From contig CAVTBU010000005.1 in NCBI GenBank assembly GCA_963733035.1, positions 1,184,001-1,248,000 on the forward strand: DNA of 64,000 nt. Reading direction: 5' to 3'. The translations under genes were made by a program, and so were the position numbers. Under the pieces are notes generated by a model, which made no database searches, was not told where the DNA came from, and saw nothing but the letters and a program-made list of their open reading frames with translations. The DNA comes from Pirellulales bacterium (lineage in GTDB: Bacteria; Planctomycetota; Planctomycetia; Pirellulales; PALSA-1355). Positions 1 to 9,961 of the stretch are shown piece after piece. How positions within the stretch are numbered: position 1 is the stretch's first letter; the number at the start of each line of letters is the position of its first letter.

Positions 1-39
1 GATCCAGGATTCGACTAAATCGTACGGATTATCTCACAC

Positions 40-65
40 GCCCCGGCCCCCTGCCGGGGCTTTTT
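40..65 (+). terminator. Rho-independent terminator
   Basis: GCCCCGGC-ccCCT-GCCGGGGC perfect 8-bp stem followed by TTTTT, shortly after a TAA at 16-18. Confidence 0.75.
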
Positions 66-86
66 CATGCGCGGTAGAATCGCCAT

Positions 87-365
87 ATGAGCCAATTCAC
101 TCTCAAGCGGATTGCTTTTGCCGTGTTCTGGCTCGGTGTGTGGTTCGCAGCCTGGACGGTTCATGCCGCTTCATTCAAGCAAGGTCCATACCAAGGGATT
201 CTGATGCCGCTATATTGCGTGCGGATAGCAGCTCCGTTCACTGCGATTGGCGCACTTTTCGGTCGCCCATGGCTTGGAACCTCAGTCGGGTGCAGCGTCT
301 TCATCTTGATTGTCTTGGCGCTGTTGCTGGCAATATCGTTCGGAGGCGGCGGCTGGGCAATTTAA
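87..365 (+). CDS. small hypothetical membrane protein (about 3 TM)
   Basis: 92-aa ORF with three hydrophobic stretches; TAGAAT 6 nt upstream of ATG. Confidence 0.6.
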   Translation: MSQFTLKRIAFAVFWLGVWFAAWTVHAASFKQGPYQGILMPLYCVRIAAPFTAIGALFGRPWLGTSVGCSVFILIVLALLLAISFGGGGWAI

Positions 366-444
366 ATGCGCAAATGTCGGTCCCAATTCGGAACCACCAC
401 ACTATTAGGACACTACCGAATCTCGCCCATGCGGCGTTTCGCGT

Positions 445-1260
445 CTAGTCGTTTACGACAATGCAACCAGCTACGTTCGCGCCGCTGGCCCGCAGCGCGT
501 TGATTGTCGCGCTGGCATTGGCGCGCCGCGTATGGGGGCGTGAAAGCACGTAGTAGACCGCGTCGCAGCGCGCCGCCAGCCAGCCGGTTTCGGGCTCGGC
601 CTGGTTGGCCAAGCCGATCAGCACGGTGCGATACAAGGGACGGAGGGCCCCCCAACCGAACTGCGGCCGTTCGAACGTGGGGACCTGGCCGTTTCCCCGC
701 GCCACGAAATCGATTTTCGCCACATTCGTCGGATGAATGATATCCGGCCAAGGCACCTCTCCGAGCATGGCCTCGATCATGCCGGGCCCGGGTCGCGAAA
801 CGGTCTTCGAGAGACGTCCATTTCGCAAATCTCCGTCCACCAGCAGCACGTCGGCGGCGGAGTGCAGCGAGAAGCACTGGGCCAGTTGCGTCATCGAAAA
901 GTTTGGCTCAACCCACCGATCGGCCGCCACGAACAACAGGACGTTGCTATAGTTCGCCGACAATTGATCGCCAATCCGGGTGGCCATCTCAAGGTAGTAG
1001 TCGGCCGGATTGGGCGAAATCGGCAGCACGCACCTTTCGAACGGGGCGGTTGGAAGCGCCGGACGCACCGGAGGTGAGGCGAGCGGCTCGCTCTCGCTTG
1101 GCGCGACCGTCTCCGCGGCCTGGTCGAGCAAGCCGGCCGTCTCGTCGAGTACGGCTTCCCACGATACCTGCGGCGCGGGCGGATCCGCGGGAGGCGACTC
1201 CATGGCCGGTTCGTGGGCGCGAGCGTCGAGCGTCTTGAGCGCGTCCAACATTCGTCCCAT
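445..1260 (-). CDS. CpsD/CapB (BY-kinase)-like P-loop protein, degenerate
   Basis: Keeps Walker A' VLLVDGDLR and BY-kinase-like C-terminal pattern (CDAVYYVL...LRASGANVAGCIVVND); Walker A GKS/T, Walker B Asp and Tyr cluster absent. Confidence 0.7.
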   Translation of the reverse strand: MGRMLDALKTLDARAHEPAMESPPADPPAPQVSWEAVLDETAGLLDQAAETVAPSESEPLASPPVRPALPTAPFERCVLPISPNPADYYLEMATRIGDQLSANYSNVLLFVAADRWVEPNFSMTQLAQCFSLHSAADVLLVDGDLRNGRLSKTVSRPGPGMIEAMLGEVPWPDIIHPTNVAKIDFVARGNGQVPTFERPQFGWGALRPLYRTVLIGLANQAEPETGWLAARCDAVYYVLSRPHTRRANASATINALRASGANVAGCIVVND

Positions 1261-1283
1261 CCGAGATACTCTCCGCGCAGGGC

Positions 1284-2903
1284 TTACCCGCGTCGCAACT
1301 TCGAAAACAACTGTCGAAACTCACTACGTCGAGGTTGCATCGGCACTGTGCGCGCGGGCGCGTCCTCTTCGACCACGATTGCGGGCCGTGCGGCGACGAT
1401 ACGCGAACGGTCGTCGACGGGACGCGGTGCCGGGGTTTCGACGGCGGATTCACGTGGCGGCGCGTCCGACGCGCTCGGTTCCGCTGTGTCGGTCACGCTC
1501 GGTTCGCTCAATGCGGCTTCCTCAGGCAGAACCGGATCCGCGGCGGGTGAAAACTCAACTTCGTTGGTGTCGACCACGTTGGCGGTCGTGACCGTCTCGG
1601 ACAGCACCCCGGCATCGGCGGGCTCGACTTCGGTCGAAAGGAAGATTGCGGCCGCGGCCTTGTCCTCGTTCCGCGACCACAGATTCGGCGTTTCGAGCGG
1701 TGGCAGCAGCGACCCGATTTGTCGCCCCTCAGAACTACTGACGCGCGGCACGTCAGCAAAGATCTCCGCGCCCGTGCGGTATCGGTCGAGCACGACTTCC
1801 TCCTCGGCGAACTCCTCGCTGAAAGGATCGCCAAACTCCGGAAAGTCGAGCTCAACTTCCGTCGCCGCGGAAACCATCCGGTCGTCTTCAATTTCGGAGA
1901 GTTGCTCTGCGATTGCGTCCAATTGTTCGTCAGGCGTGGCCAGGTGCAGGTTCCGACTTTGCAAATTCCGCTGTGGCTCGCACGCGCGAAACGGAATCGC
2001 CTCGGGCATGGCCTCAACATCGTCGGTTAGGTGGCCAAATTCGACGATCTGGCTGCTGGCGTCGTCGTGCGACGGCTCGCCAGACCAGGGTAAGGGCAGC
2101 TGTTGCAAGTCGGCCCACGCTTCATCGATCGCTTCGCTCGATAGTCGCGTGTGGCCGCCGAGCGCCGCCAACACCAGGGCGTGATCGCACACCTGATTGA
2201 TCAGGCGAGGAATTCCGTCGGTGGCGCGAAAAACACTCCGGAGCGTTTCGTCGTCGACCATTACGGCCGGATCGCCGCCGGCAGCCGCAATTTGCGCGCG
2301 GACGTAGGCGCTTGTCTCGGCGCGATCAAAATGCTCCAGGTAGCACCGCCCGGCGACGCGCTGGGCGAACGATGCCAGTTTTGGACTGGCAAACCGCTCT
2401 TCAAGCGAAGGACCGCCGGCCAGCACGGCTTGCACGCGCGGCCTTCCATCGCGGACCAAGTTTGTGATCAGACGAATTTCGTCAAGCAGCCGCCAGGGTA
2501 GGGTGTGCGCCTCGTCGACGAGCAACAGCAGACCCTCGGGACCATCCGGCGTCGGTTCGAGGTAGTCCACAAGGGAGAGTCGCAACTCTCCTTCGTCCAA
2601 GCCACGGTAGGGCAGTTTCAATTCATAATGGACAGCCTGCAGCAGCGCCTGGCACGATTTGAGTCGTCCACAGGAGAGCAGCACCACTTTAAACGGGCCG
2701 TTAAACTTTTCGGCCAGCAGCTGACACAGCAGAGTCTTCCCCGTTCCGGGCGGTCCGATCACCAGGCCCGGCCCTTCACTGCGCTCAATCACGCGTTCGA
2801 GTGTACGACGTGCGTTTTCGATGCTGGCCGCCGGGAAATAGTTTTTGGCCAGAGGAGCAATGGCGAACGGGCGGCTGTGAAATTCGAAAAACTCCTCGTA
2901 CAT
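1284..2903 (-). CDS. ExeA/GspA-family AAA ATPase with acidic C-terminal extension
   Basis: N-terminus MYEEFFEFHSRPF, Walker A GPPGTGKT, Walker B LLLLVDEAH, GIPRLINQVCD motif. Confidence 0.88.
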   Translation of the reverse strand: MYEEFFEFHSRPFAIAPLAKNYFPAASIENARRTLERVIERSEGPGLVIGPPGTGKTLLCQLLAEKFNGPFKVVLLSCGRLKSCQALLQAVHYELKLPYRGLDEGELRLSLVDYLEPTPDGPEGLLLLVDEAHTLPWRLLDEIRLITNLVRDGRPRVQAVLAGGPSLEERFASPKLASFAQRVAGRCYLEHFDRAETSAYVRAQIAAAGGDPAVMVDDETLRSVFRATDGIPRLINQVCDHALVLAALGGHTRLSSEAIDEAWADLQQLPLPWSGEPSHDDASSQIVEFGHLTDDVEAMPEAIPFRACEPQRNLQSRNLHLATPDEQLDAIAEQLSEIEDDRMVSAATEVELDFPEFGDPFSEEFAEEEVVLDRYRTGAEIFADVPRVSSSEGRQIGSLLPPLETPNLWSRNEDKAAAAIFLSTEVEPADAGVLSETVTTANVVDTNEVEFSPAADPVLPEEAALSEPSVTDTAEPSASDAPPRESAVETPAPRPVDDRSRIVAARPAIVVEEDAPARTVPMQPRRSEFRQLFSKLRRG

Positions 2904-3081
2904 CTTCTGCGTCCCCTAAATTCCCTGGCCGCAATAGCTTTACACGTCGCCGACAACACGACTCTTAATGGTTCGGCATCCCGGCGGAACCCTCTGTACT
3001 GCGATGCGAACTGGCCGGAACTTTCCCCCGAACCGACGTGGGCCGGGGGTGCATAGGGTCGTCGCAGCATGCCGGCCCCGC

Positions 3082-4221
3082 TTAGAGGCCAAACAACGAG
3101 CGCAACGTTGTCACCGGATTGGTAGAGAAGCGGAACAAGTCATCCGCGTGTTCGATGGCGTATGCGACGGCCGAAAACACCAGTACGGCGAGCAGGACCT
3201 CGGCCAGCAAAACCAAGACTTTTCGTACCGGCACCGCGGCGCGATCGATCCTGCCAGTACTCAACGCTGGCACGATGCCCACGACGGGAATTGCGAGTGC
3301 CGCCGCCGCCTCGTCGGCGCTGGCAAAGAGTGGATCGGCCGACGAACGGGCCAACCGCACCGCGGCCAGTGCGGCCAGCGAGAGGGCCACGGCCAATGCG
3401 GCCAACACCAGCGTCTGGGTACCTGACGAGGGGGACGACGCCGCGGGAGTGGCGGCCAAAGCAGCGACCGGCGGCTGGTCAGGCCGCTGCTCGCTGGCTG
3501 GCGGTGTTTGCCTTGGTGTCGCGGGCAACGCCGGGTGCGGGTGTTGGCTCGCGGTCAACGGATCGCTGGCGGGCCGTGAAATCGGCGCGCCCAAGGGCAA
3601 GGCCGCCAGTCGCTCGACCGCCGCCAGTTCCGCCTCTTGCGCGGCTTGGAGGTCATTGCGGGCGGCCGCCCAACGGTCAAATAGCCGCTGGTACGTGGCC
3701 GCGTCGGCCGCGGACTGGCGCTTTTGGCGGTCGATGAATTCCGACCATTCTCCCATATCGAGCGCGCTTGAAGCGGCCTGCGCATCATCCAGCTTCAAGG
3801 CGTTTTGCGCGGCCAGCGATTTAAGGCGTGATTCGAGGGTCGCGATTTGGTCGTCGACCTCGACCACCTCGGGATGGACCTCGGTCAGAGTTTTCAGAAG
3901 TTGCCGGCGTTTGGCTTGCAACTCATCGAGTTCGCCCTCCAGTTGCTTCGCTTGCGGGTCGGGCGACAAGTGCGACTGGTCGCCAGCGCCGTTCGATTCA
4001 GGCAGCGGCGGATAGTCGGGGCGGCTCCGCGTGTCAAAGTGCTTGGACAAGAACGTCTCAAGCCTTGCATGGGCATACGCGGCGTCCGTTTTCGCCTTTT
4101 GGACTTCGTCGCGAGCCGCTTCCAGCGCCGCAACAGCCTCGGCGCGTTCGACGCTTCGACCCACAAGCGACGGCTCAATGGCCCCGAGGTTCGTCCCTGA
4201 GAAAAGTATGCAAACAAGCAA
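3082..4221 (-). CDS. Wzz/GumC-like chain-length determinant (coiled coil plus TM); start uncertain
   Basis: Coiled coil with LTEVHPEVVEV motif, TM segment, then D..FASADEAAAALAIPVVGIVP as in polysaccharide co-polymerases. Confidence 0.65.
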   Translation of the reverse strand: MLVCILFSGTNLGAIEPSLVGRSVERAEAVAALEAARDEVQKAKTDAAYAHARLETFLSKHFDTRSRPDYPPLPESNGAGDQSHLSPDPQAKQLEGELDELQAKRRQLLKTLTEVHPEVVEVDDQIATLESRLKSLAAQNALKLDDAQAASSALDMGEWSEFIDRQKRQSAADAATYQRLFDRWAAARNDLQAAQEAELAAVERLAALPLGAPISRPASDPLTASQHPHPALPATPRQTPPASEQRPDQPPVAALAATPAASSPSSGTQTLVLAALAVALSLAALAAVRLARSSADPLFASADEAAAALAIPVVGIVPALSTGRIDRAAVPVRKVLVLLAEVLLAVLVFSAVAYAIEHADDLFRFSTNPVTTLRSLFGL

Positions 4222-4440
4222 CAGCGCAGCGCCCAGCCGCGCTTTCGGCCGGAGTCGGTGATTGACATTACTCGGTCGGCGCTCGACATGCGGAAGCTGG
4301 CGACATATGCGCAGGGTGAAGGGTACACGGTCCCAGTTTCGTCGTCAACGCGCCGGTGGCGTGGACTTGAAGCCATCTAAACCAATCTTGAGGAAAAGCT
4401 ATAATTACGTTGCAAGTTTGTTGGGCTGTTGGGGTCGAAT

Positions 4441-5107
4441 ATGTTCCGAGTGAAAATCTGTGGCGTAACCAACCCCCACGACGCGCGCCTGGCGTGTGAA
4501 GCCGGTGCCGACGCGATCGGGATCAATTTCTACTCGTCCAGTCCACGATATTGCACGCCAGCGTCGGCGCGAGATTGTCGCAGCCGTGCCGCCGGGGATC
4601 TGCAGGGTGGGTGTGTTCGTCGACGCGCCGGTCGATGAGATTCGCGAGATGGCGGCCAACGTGCCGCTCGATTTGATTCAGTTGCACGGCTGCGAGACAC
4701 CGGAGTTTGTGCGTTCGATCCGTCCGTTGCCCGTCATGAAGGCGATGGGATGCGAAGATGATTTGCAGTCGATCGGCGAATACCTCGACGGCTGTCGTCG
4801 TCTGAACGCCATGCCCCGAATGCTGCTTTTGGATGCCGCGCGCGGAGGCCAACTGGGCGGCACCGGCCAAACGATTGATTGGGACCTGGTGCGACAACAT
4901 CGCCAAAAACTTGCTGGTGTGCCGCTCGTGCTGGCCGGCGGGCTGAAGCCCGATAACGTCGCACGCGCAATCGCGACCGTCCATCCGTGGGGGGTTGACG
5001 TGGCGAGCGGTGTTGAAACGGCACCGGGAAAAAAGTCTGAAGAATTGCTGCGCCAATTCGTCGCCGCGGCGAAGCAGGCGTTTGCCAGCGTCAATTCGCG
5101 CGGTTAG
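4441..5107 (+). CDS. trpF: phosphoribosylanthranilate isomerase (frame break near 4570, probable sequencing error)
   Basis: [19 protein letters not shown] in one frame; [31 protein letters not shown] in another. Confidence 0.9.
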
Positions 5108-5134
5108 CTTCAAAACGCCGCCAGCAAGTGCGGG

Positions 5135-5164
5135 TTGTCAGTGCCCAGCCGGCTGCCCTATGAT
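5135..5164 (+). promoter_or_regulatory. candidate sigma70 promoter for ahcY
   Basis: TTGTCA-18 nt-TATGAT upstream of ahcY. Confidence 0.45.
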
Positions 5165-5239
5165 AGGGTGACTCGAAGCCCAGGAGCGGACACGCTGCTA
5201 ACAACCGTGCACAACGTCTGAATGCCAAAGGAGATACAC

Positions 5240-6553
<1,314 letters not shown>

Positions 6554-6582
6554 TCGCGGGCGAGTCGACGATTTGACAATCT

Positions 6583-6621
6583 CACAGGGCTTCGGGATAA
6601 CAACCGAAGCCCTGTGTTTTT
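6583..6621 (+). terminator. Rho-independent terminator after ahcY
   Basis: Perfect 13-bp stem CACAGGGCTTCGG/CCGAAGCCCTGTG followed by TTTTT. Confidence 0.85.
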
Positions 6622-6693
6622 CGCTGGTCACCGGCTGCCGGTTCCTGCCAGGTCGCATTCCAGCCATCCCTTTTCCAAAAAGCCCAACCATCC

Positions 6694-7998
6694 ATGCCTG
6701 AAATCCAAGCCTTCCGCGGGCTCCGTTACGATCTGGGTCACGTCGGCTCGCTCTCTGACGTGGTTGCGCCGCCGTATGACGTGATTGGCCCGGCCCTGCA
6801 GGAAGAACTCTATAAGAAGCACCCCGCCAACGTCGTGCGCCTGATCCTCAACCGCGATGAACCCGGCGACAGCGACGTCAACAACCGCTACACGCGGGCG
6901 GCTCAATTCCTGCGAAACTGGCGGAGCGAGGGGTTGCTCTTCAGCGAGCCGCATCCAACGCTTTACGTGTATCACCAGACCTTCGAGACGGGCGGTCAGA
7001 CGATCACGCGGCGCGGCTTCATGGCCCGCTGCCGATTGGAACGATTCGGCGAAGGCAAGATCTATCCTCACGAAGAAACGATGTCCGGCCCCAAGCAGGA
7101 TCGCTTGATGCTCACGCGAGCCTGCCGGGCGAATCTGAGCCAGATCTTTGGCCTGTTTCCCGATCCGAATTCGCAAGTGCAGGAAATGCTCGAAAAGGCC
7201 GCCTCCGGCGTGCCCGCGTTAGAGGCAACGGATCATCTCGGGGTCATGCATCGGATGTGGCCCGTTACCGATGTCTCCACCATATCGGCCGTCACCGGAT
7301 TGATGGGCGGCAAGCCGATGTTCATCGCCGACGGTCACCACCGCTACGAAACCGCCTGCAATTACCGAGATGAGTTGGCCAGCCACCGCGGCCCGCTGGA
7401 AGCCCACGATCCGGCCAATTTCGTGTTGATGATGTGCATTGGCATGAGCGACCCGGGCCTGCTGGTGTTGCCGACGCACCGCCTGTTTCGCGGCACCGCT
7501 GGCCTGACCGCCGCGAAACTTGCCGCCGCGCTGGGCGATTGTTTTGAGGTCCGCACGGCGGGCAAAGGTCGAGACAGGGCTGCTGAAATCTGGGAGGAGA
7601 TCGAAACCACGGCCGACCAGGGAACGCTAGGCCTGTATACCCAGGCCGACGACACCTGGACGCTGGCCACGATCACGTCGGCCGGCAGGGCCAAGATGGC
7701 CGAGTTGGCCGACGAGCACAGCGAGGATTGGCGCAATCTGGGCGTTAGCATCCTGCACCGGCTAGTGGTGGAGAACCTGCTGGGCGGCGGCGAGTGGCCC
7801 AAACCCCGCTACGTGCACCTGGTGGAGGAAGTCGTCGACAACCTGGCCGGCGGAGAGTTTCCGTTGGCGGCGCTCGTCATGCCGGCGACCGTGGACGATA
7901 TTCGCACGATCAGCCAGCACCAGGAACGAATGCCGGCCAAGAGCACTTACTTTTATCCGAAGCTGCTCAGCGGCCTGGTTATCAACCCGCTCGAGTGA
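6694..7998 (+). CDS. DUF1015 family protein
   Basis: FRGLRY..APPYDVI, PHEET, IADGHHRYETA, MPAKSTYFYPKL motifs. Confidence 0.9.
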   Translation: MPEIQAFRGLRYDLGHVGSLSDVVAPPYDVIGPALQEELYKKHPANVVRLILNRDEPGDSDVNNRYTRAAQFLRNWRSEGLLFSEPHPTLYVYHQTFETGGQTITRRGFMARCRLERFGEGKIYPHEETMSGPKQDRLMLTRACRANLSQIFGLFPDPNSQVQEMLEKAASGVPALEATDHLGVMHRMWPVTDVSTISAVTGLMGGKPMFIADGHHRYETACNYRDELASHRGPLEAHDPANFVLMMCIGMSDPGLLVLPTHRLFRGTAGLTAAKLAAALGDCFEVRTAGKGRDRAAEIWEEIETTADQGTLGLYTQADDTWTLATITSAGRAKMAELADEHSEDWRNLGVSILHRLVVENLLGGGEWPKPRYVHLVEEVVDNLAGGEFPLAALVMPATVDDIRTISQHQERMPAKSTYFYPKLLSGLVINPLE

Positions 7999-8004
7999 GC
8001 TTCT

Positions 8005-8020
8005 CGTTCCACGTGAAACT
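8005..8020. promoter_or_regulatory. parS site 1
   Basis: cGTTCCACGTGAAACt, close match to the parS palindrome TGTTTCACGTGAAACA, upstream of parA. Confidence 0.85.
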
Positions 8021-8110
8021 GCACCTGGCAGGTCGATCGTACGGCTTGTTGCCTGGCGGGCGGAAGCGCTGGCCGGAATTGCCGATCGCCAAACTCAACG
8101 CAGTAGCCAC

Positions 8111-8126
8111 AGTTTCACGTGAAACA
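8111..8126. promoter_or_regulatory. parS site 2
   Basis: aGTTTCACGTGAAACA, 15/16 match to the parS consensus. Confidence 0.9.
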
Positions 8127-8235
8127 ACCGGCGGCACGGTCGGGCCGTGCTAGCAAGGCGTCGCGCCGCTGAACTGACATTTGGCCGACTTCGCGCGGAA
8201 GTTACAATCGCCCCGCTGCGTGTCGTTCACTTGCA

Positions 8236-9000
8236 ATGGATTGCCGGGGTGCCAAGGTGGGGCGAATCCTGTGCGTTGCCAATCAGAAAGGTGGGGTCGG
8301 CAAGACGACCACCGCCGTCAACCTGGCGGCGGCGCTTGCGCACTCAGGGCGTCGTACCCTGTTGGTCGACCTGGATCCGCAGTGCAACGCCACCACCGGG
8401 CTGGGACAGCAGCCCACCAGCTGCCACCCGTTGGTCTCGCGACAATCGCTACGCGACTCGCTGCGCCAGACGGGGGTTGCGAATCTAGAGCTGCTTCCCG
8501 GCAGCCGTAGCTTTCAGGACGTCGAAGCGCTGAGCTCGCATGATGTCAGCCATTCGGCCACGCTGAGCCAGCATCTTGCGAGCGGTCTGAGCGCCTACGA
8601 CTTTGTGCTCATCGATTGCCCACCCTCGCTTGGCCAGCTCACGCAAACGGCGTTGGCCAGTTCGACCGAAGTGCTGATGCCGATCCAATGCGAGTACTTC
8701 GCGATGGAGGGGCTGGCCCAGATGATCGAAGTCATTCGCCGCGTGATGGACTCCAAACCCGAACGTCTACAGTTTGGGGGCATCGTGCTGACGATGTATG
8801 AAGAGCAGTTGGAACTCACCCGCGAGGTCGACGCGGAGGTGCGCGACTTCTTCGGTGAGATCGTCTTTAAAACCGTGATCCCGCGCGATGTCGCCGTTTC
8901 CGAGGCCCCCAGCCACGGCGTATCGGTCATTGACTATTCGCCCCGAGCCCGCGGCGCTCGGGCCTACGTTGAACTATGCCTGGAGGTGCTCAAAACATGA
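8236..9000 (+). CDS. parA: chromosome partitioning ATPase ParA/Soj (start may be GTG 8257)
   Basis: NQKGGVGKTTT deviant Walker A, DLDPQCNAT, IDCPPSLG, PIQCEYFAMEG. Confidence 0.95.
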   Translation: MDCRGAKVGRILCVANQKGGVGKTTTAVNLAAALAHSGRRTLLVDLDPQCNATTGLGQQPTSCHPLVSRQSLRDSLRQTGVANLELLPGSRSFQDVEALSSHDVSHSATLSQHLASGLSAYDFVLIDCPPSLGQLTQTALASSTEVLMPIQCEYFAMEGLAQMIEVIRRVMDSKPERLQFGGIVLTMYEEQLELTREVDAEVRDFFGEIVFKTVIPRDVAVSEAPSHGVSVIDYSPRARGARAYVELCLEVLKT

Positions 9001-9953
9001 ACAACCAAAGAAGACTGGGCCGTGGGCTCGAAGCGTTGTTGGGACGACCGTTGGGAACCACCGAAACGGGCGACCTCGTTCAATCGCCGGTCGACAGCCA
9101 TTCGGCTCCCGCCAGTGGGCTGCTGCAACTACACGTCTACGATATTGAGAACAATCCGTTCCAACCGCGGCGCGAGTTCGAACCGACCGCCATCGACGAG
9201 TTGGCAGACAGCCTCGAACAGCACGGCATGATCCAGCCGATCGTCGTGCGACGGCACGGCGAGCGCTATCAACTCATCTCCGGCGAGCGGCGGTTGCGGG
9301 CTGCTATCAAAGCTGGCTGGCAGCAAGTGCCAGTCCAAGTCCGCGAAGCCGACGATCGCCAGATGTGCGAAGTGGCCATCGTCGAGAACCTGCAGCGCAA
9401 GGATCTCAATCCGCTGGAAAAGGCCCATTCGTTTCGCCAGTACCTGGAACGATACGGCTGTACGCAGGAGGAGCTTGCCGGGCGGCTGAACATCGACCGC
9501 TCGACCATCGCCAACCTGATTCGTCTGCTGGAACTGCCGGAGCCAATCCACCAGGCAATTCATACCGGCGCGATAACGCAAGGCCACGCCCGAGCCCTGC
9601 TGCCCCTGGGCGACGAACGCGAACAACTCGCATTCTGCCGACGGATCGAACAAGAAGGATTGAGCGTGCGAGCCACCGAGGAGCTCGTACAACTGACAAT
9701 CCATCAGGCCGACCATGAGCCACTCGCCGTGATTGGTGGCGAGTCGAGCCCAGCGCGCGGCAAAGGGCCGCGTCGAAGCCGCGACCAGGTCGCCGCACTT
9801 GAACAAGAGTTTCGGGTGGCGCTAGGCACCAAGGTCGACATCAAGCAGAAGGCGGGCGGCCGCGGACAGATCGTGGTGCACTTCAACAGCCACGACGAGT
9901 TCGAACGGCTTAGGGCCTATCTCGCAGCGGACGTGCACAGCCGAGCCGGCTAA
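8997..9953 (+). CDS. parB: chromosome partitioning protein ParB/Spo0J
   Basis: LGRGLEALL, NPFQPRREF, GERRLRA, ENLQRKDLNPLE, HTH; ATGA overlap with parA stop. Confidence 0.96.
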   Translation: MNNQRRLGRGLEALLGRPLGTTETGDLVQSPVDSHSAPASGLLQLHVYDIENNPFQPRREFEPTAIDELADSLEQHGMIQPIVVRRHGERYQLISGERRLRAAIKAGWQQVPVQVREADDRQMCEVAIVENLQRKDLNPLEKAHSFRQYLERYGCTQEELAGRLNIDRSTIANLIRLLELPEPIHQAIHTGAITQGHARALLPLGDEREQLAFCRRIEQEGLSVRATEELVQLTIHQADHEPLAVIGGESSPARGKGPRRSRDQVAALEQEFRVALGTKVDIKQKAGGRGQIVVHFNSHDEFERLRAYLAADVHSRAG

Positions 9954-9961
9954 AACCGGCT

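Noticed and set aside
7999..8235. oriC next to parAB
   Set aside because: No DnaA boxes (TTATCCACA) or AT-rich unwinding element seen
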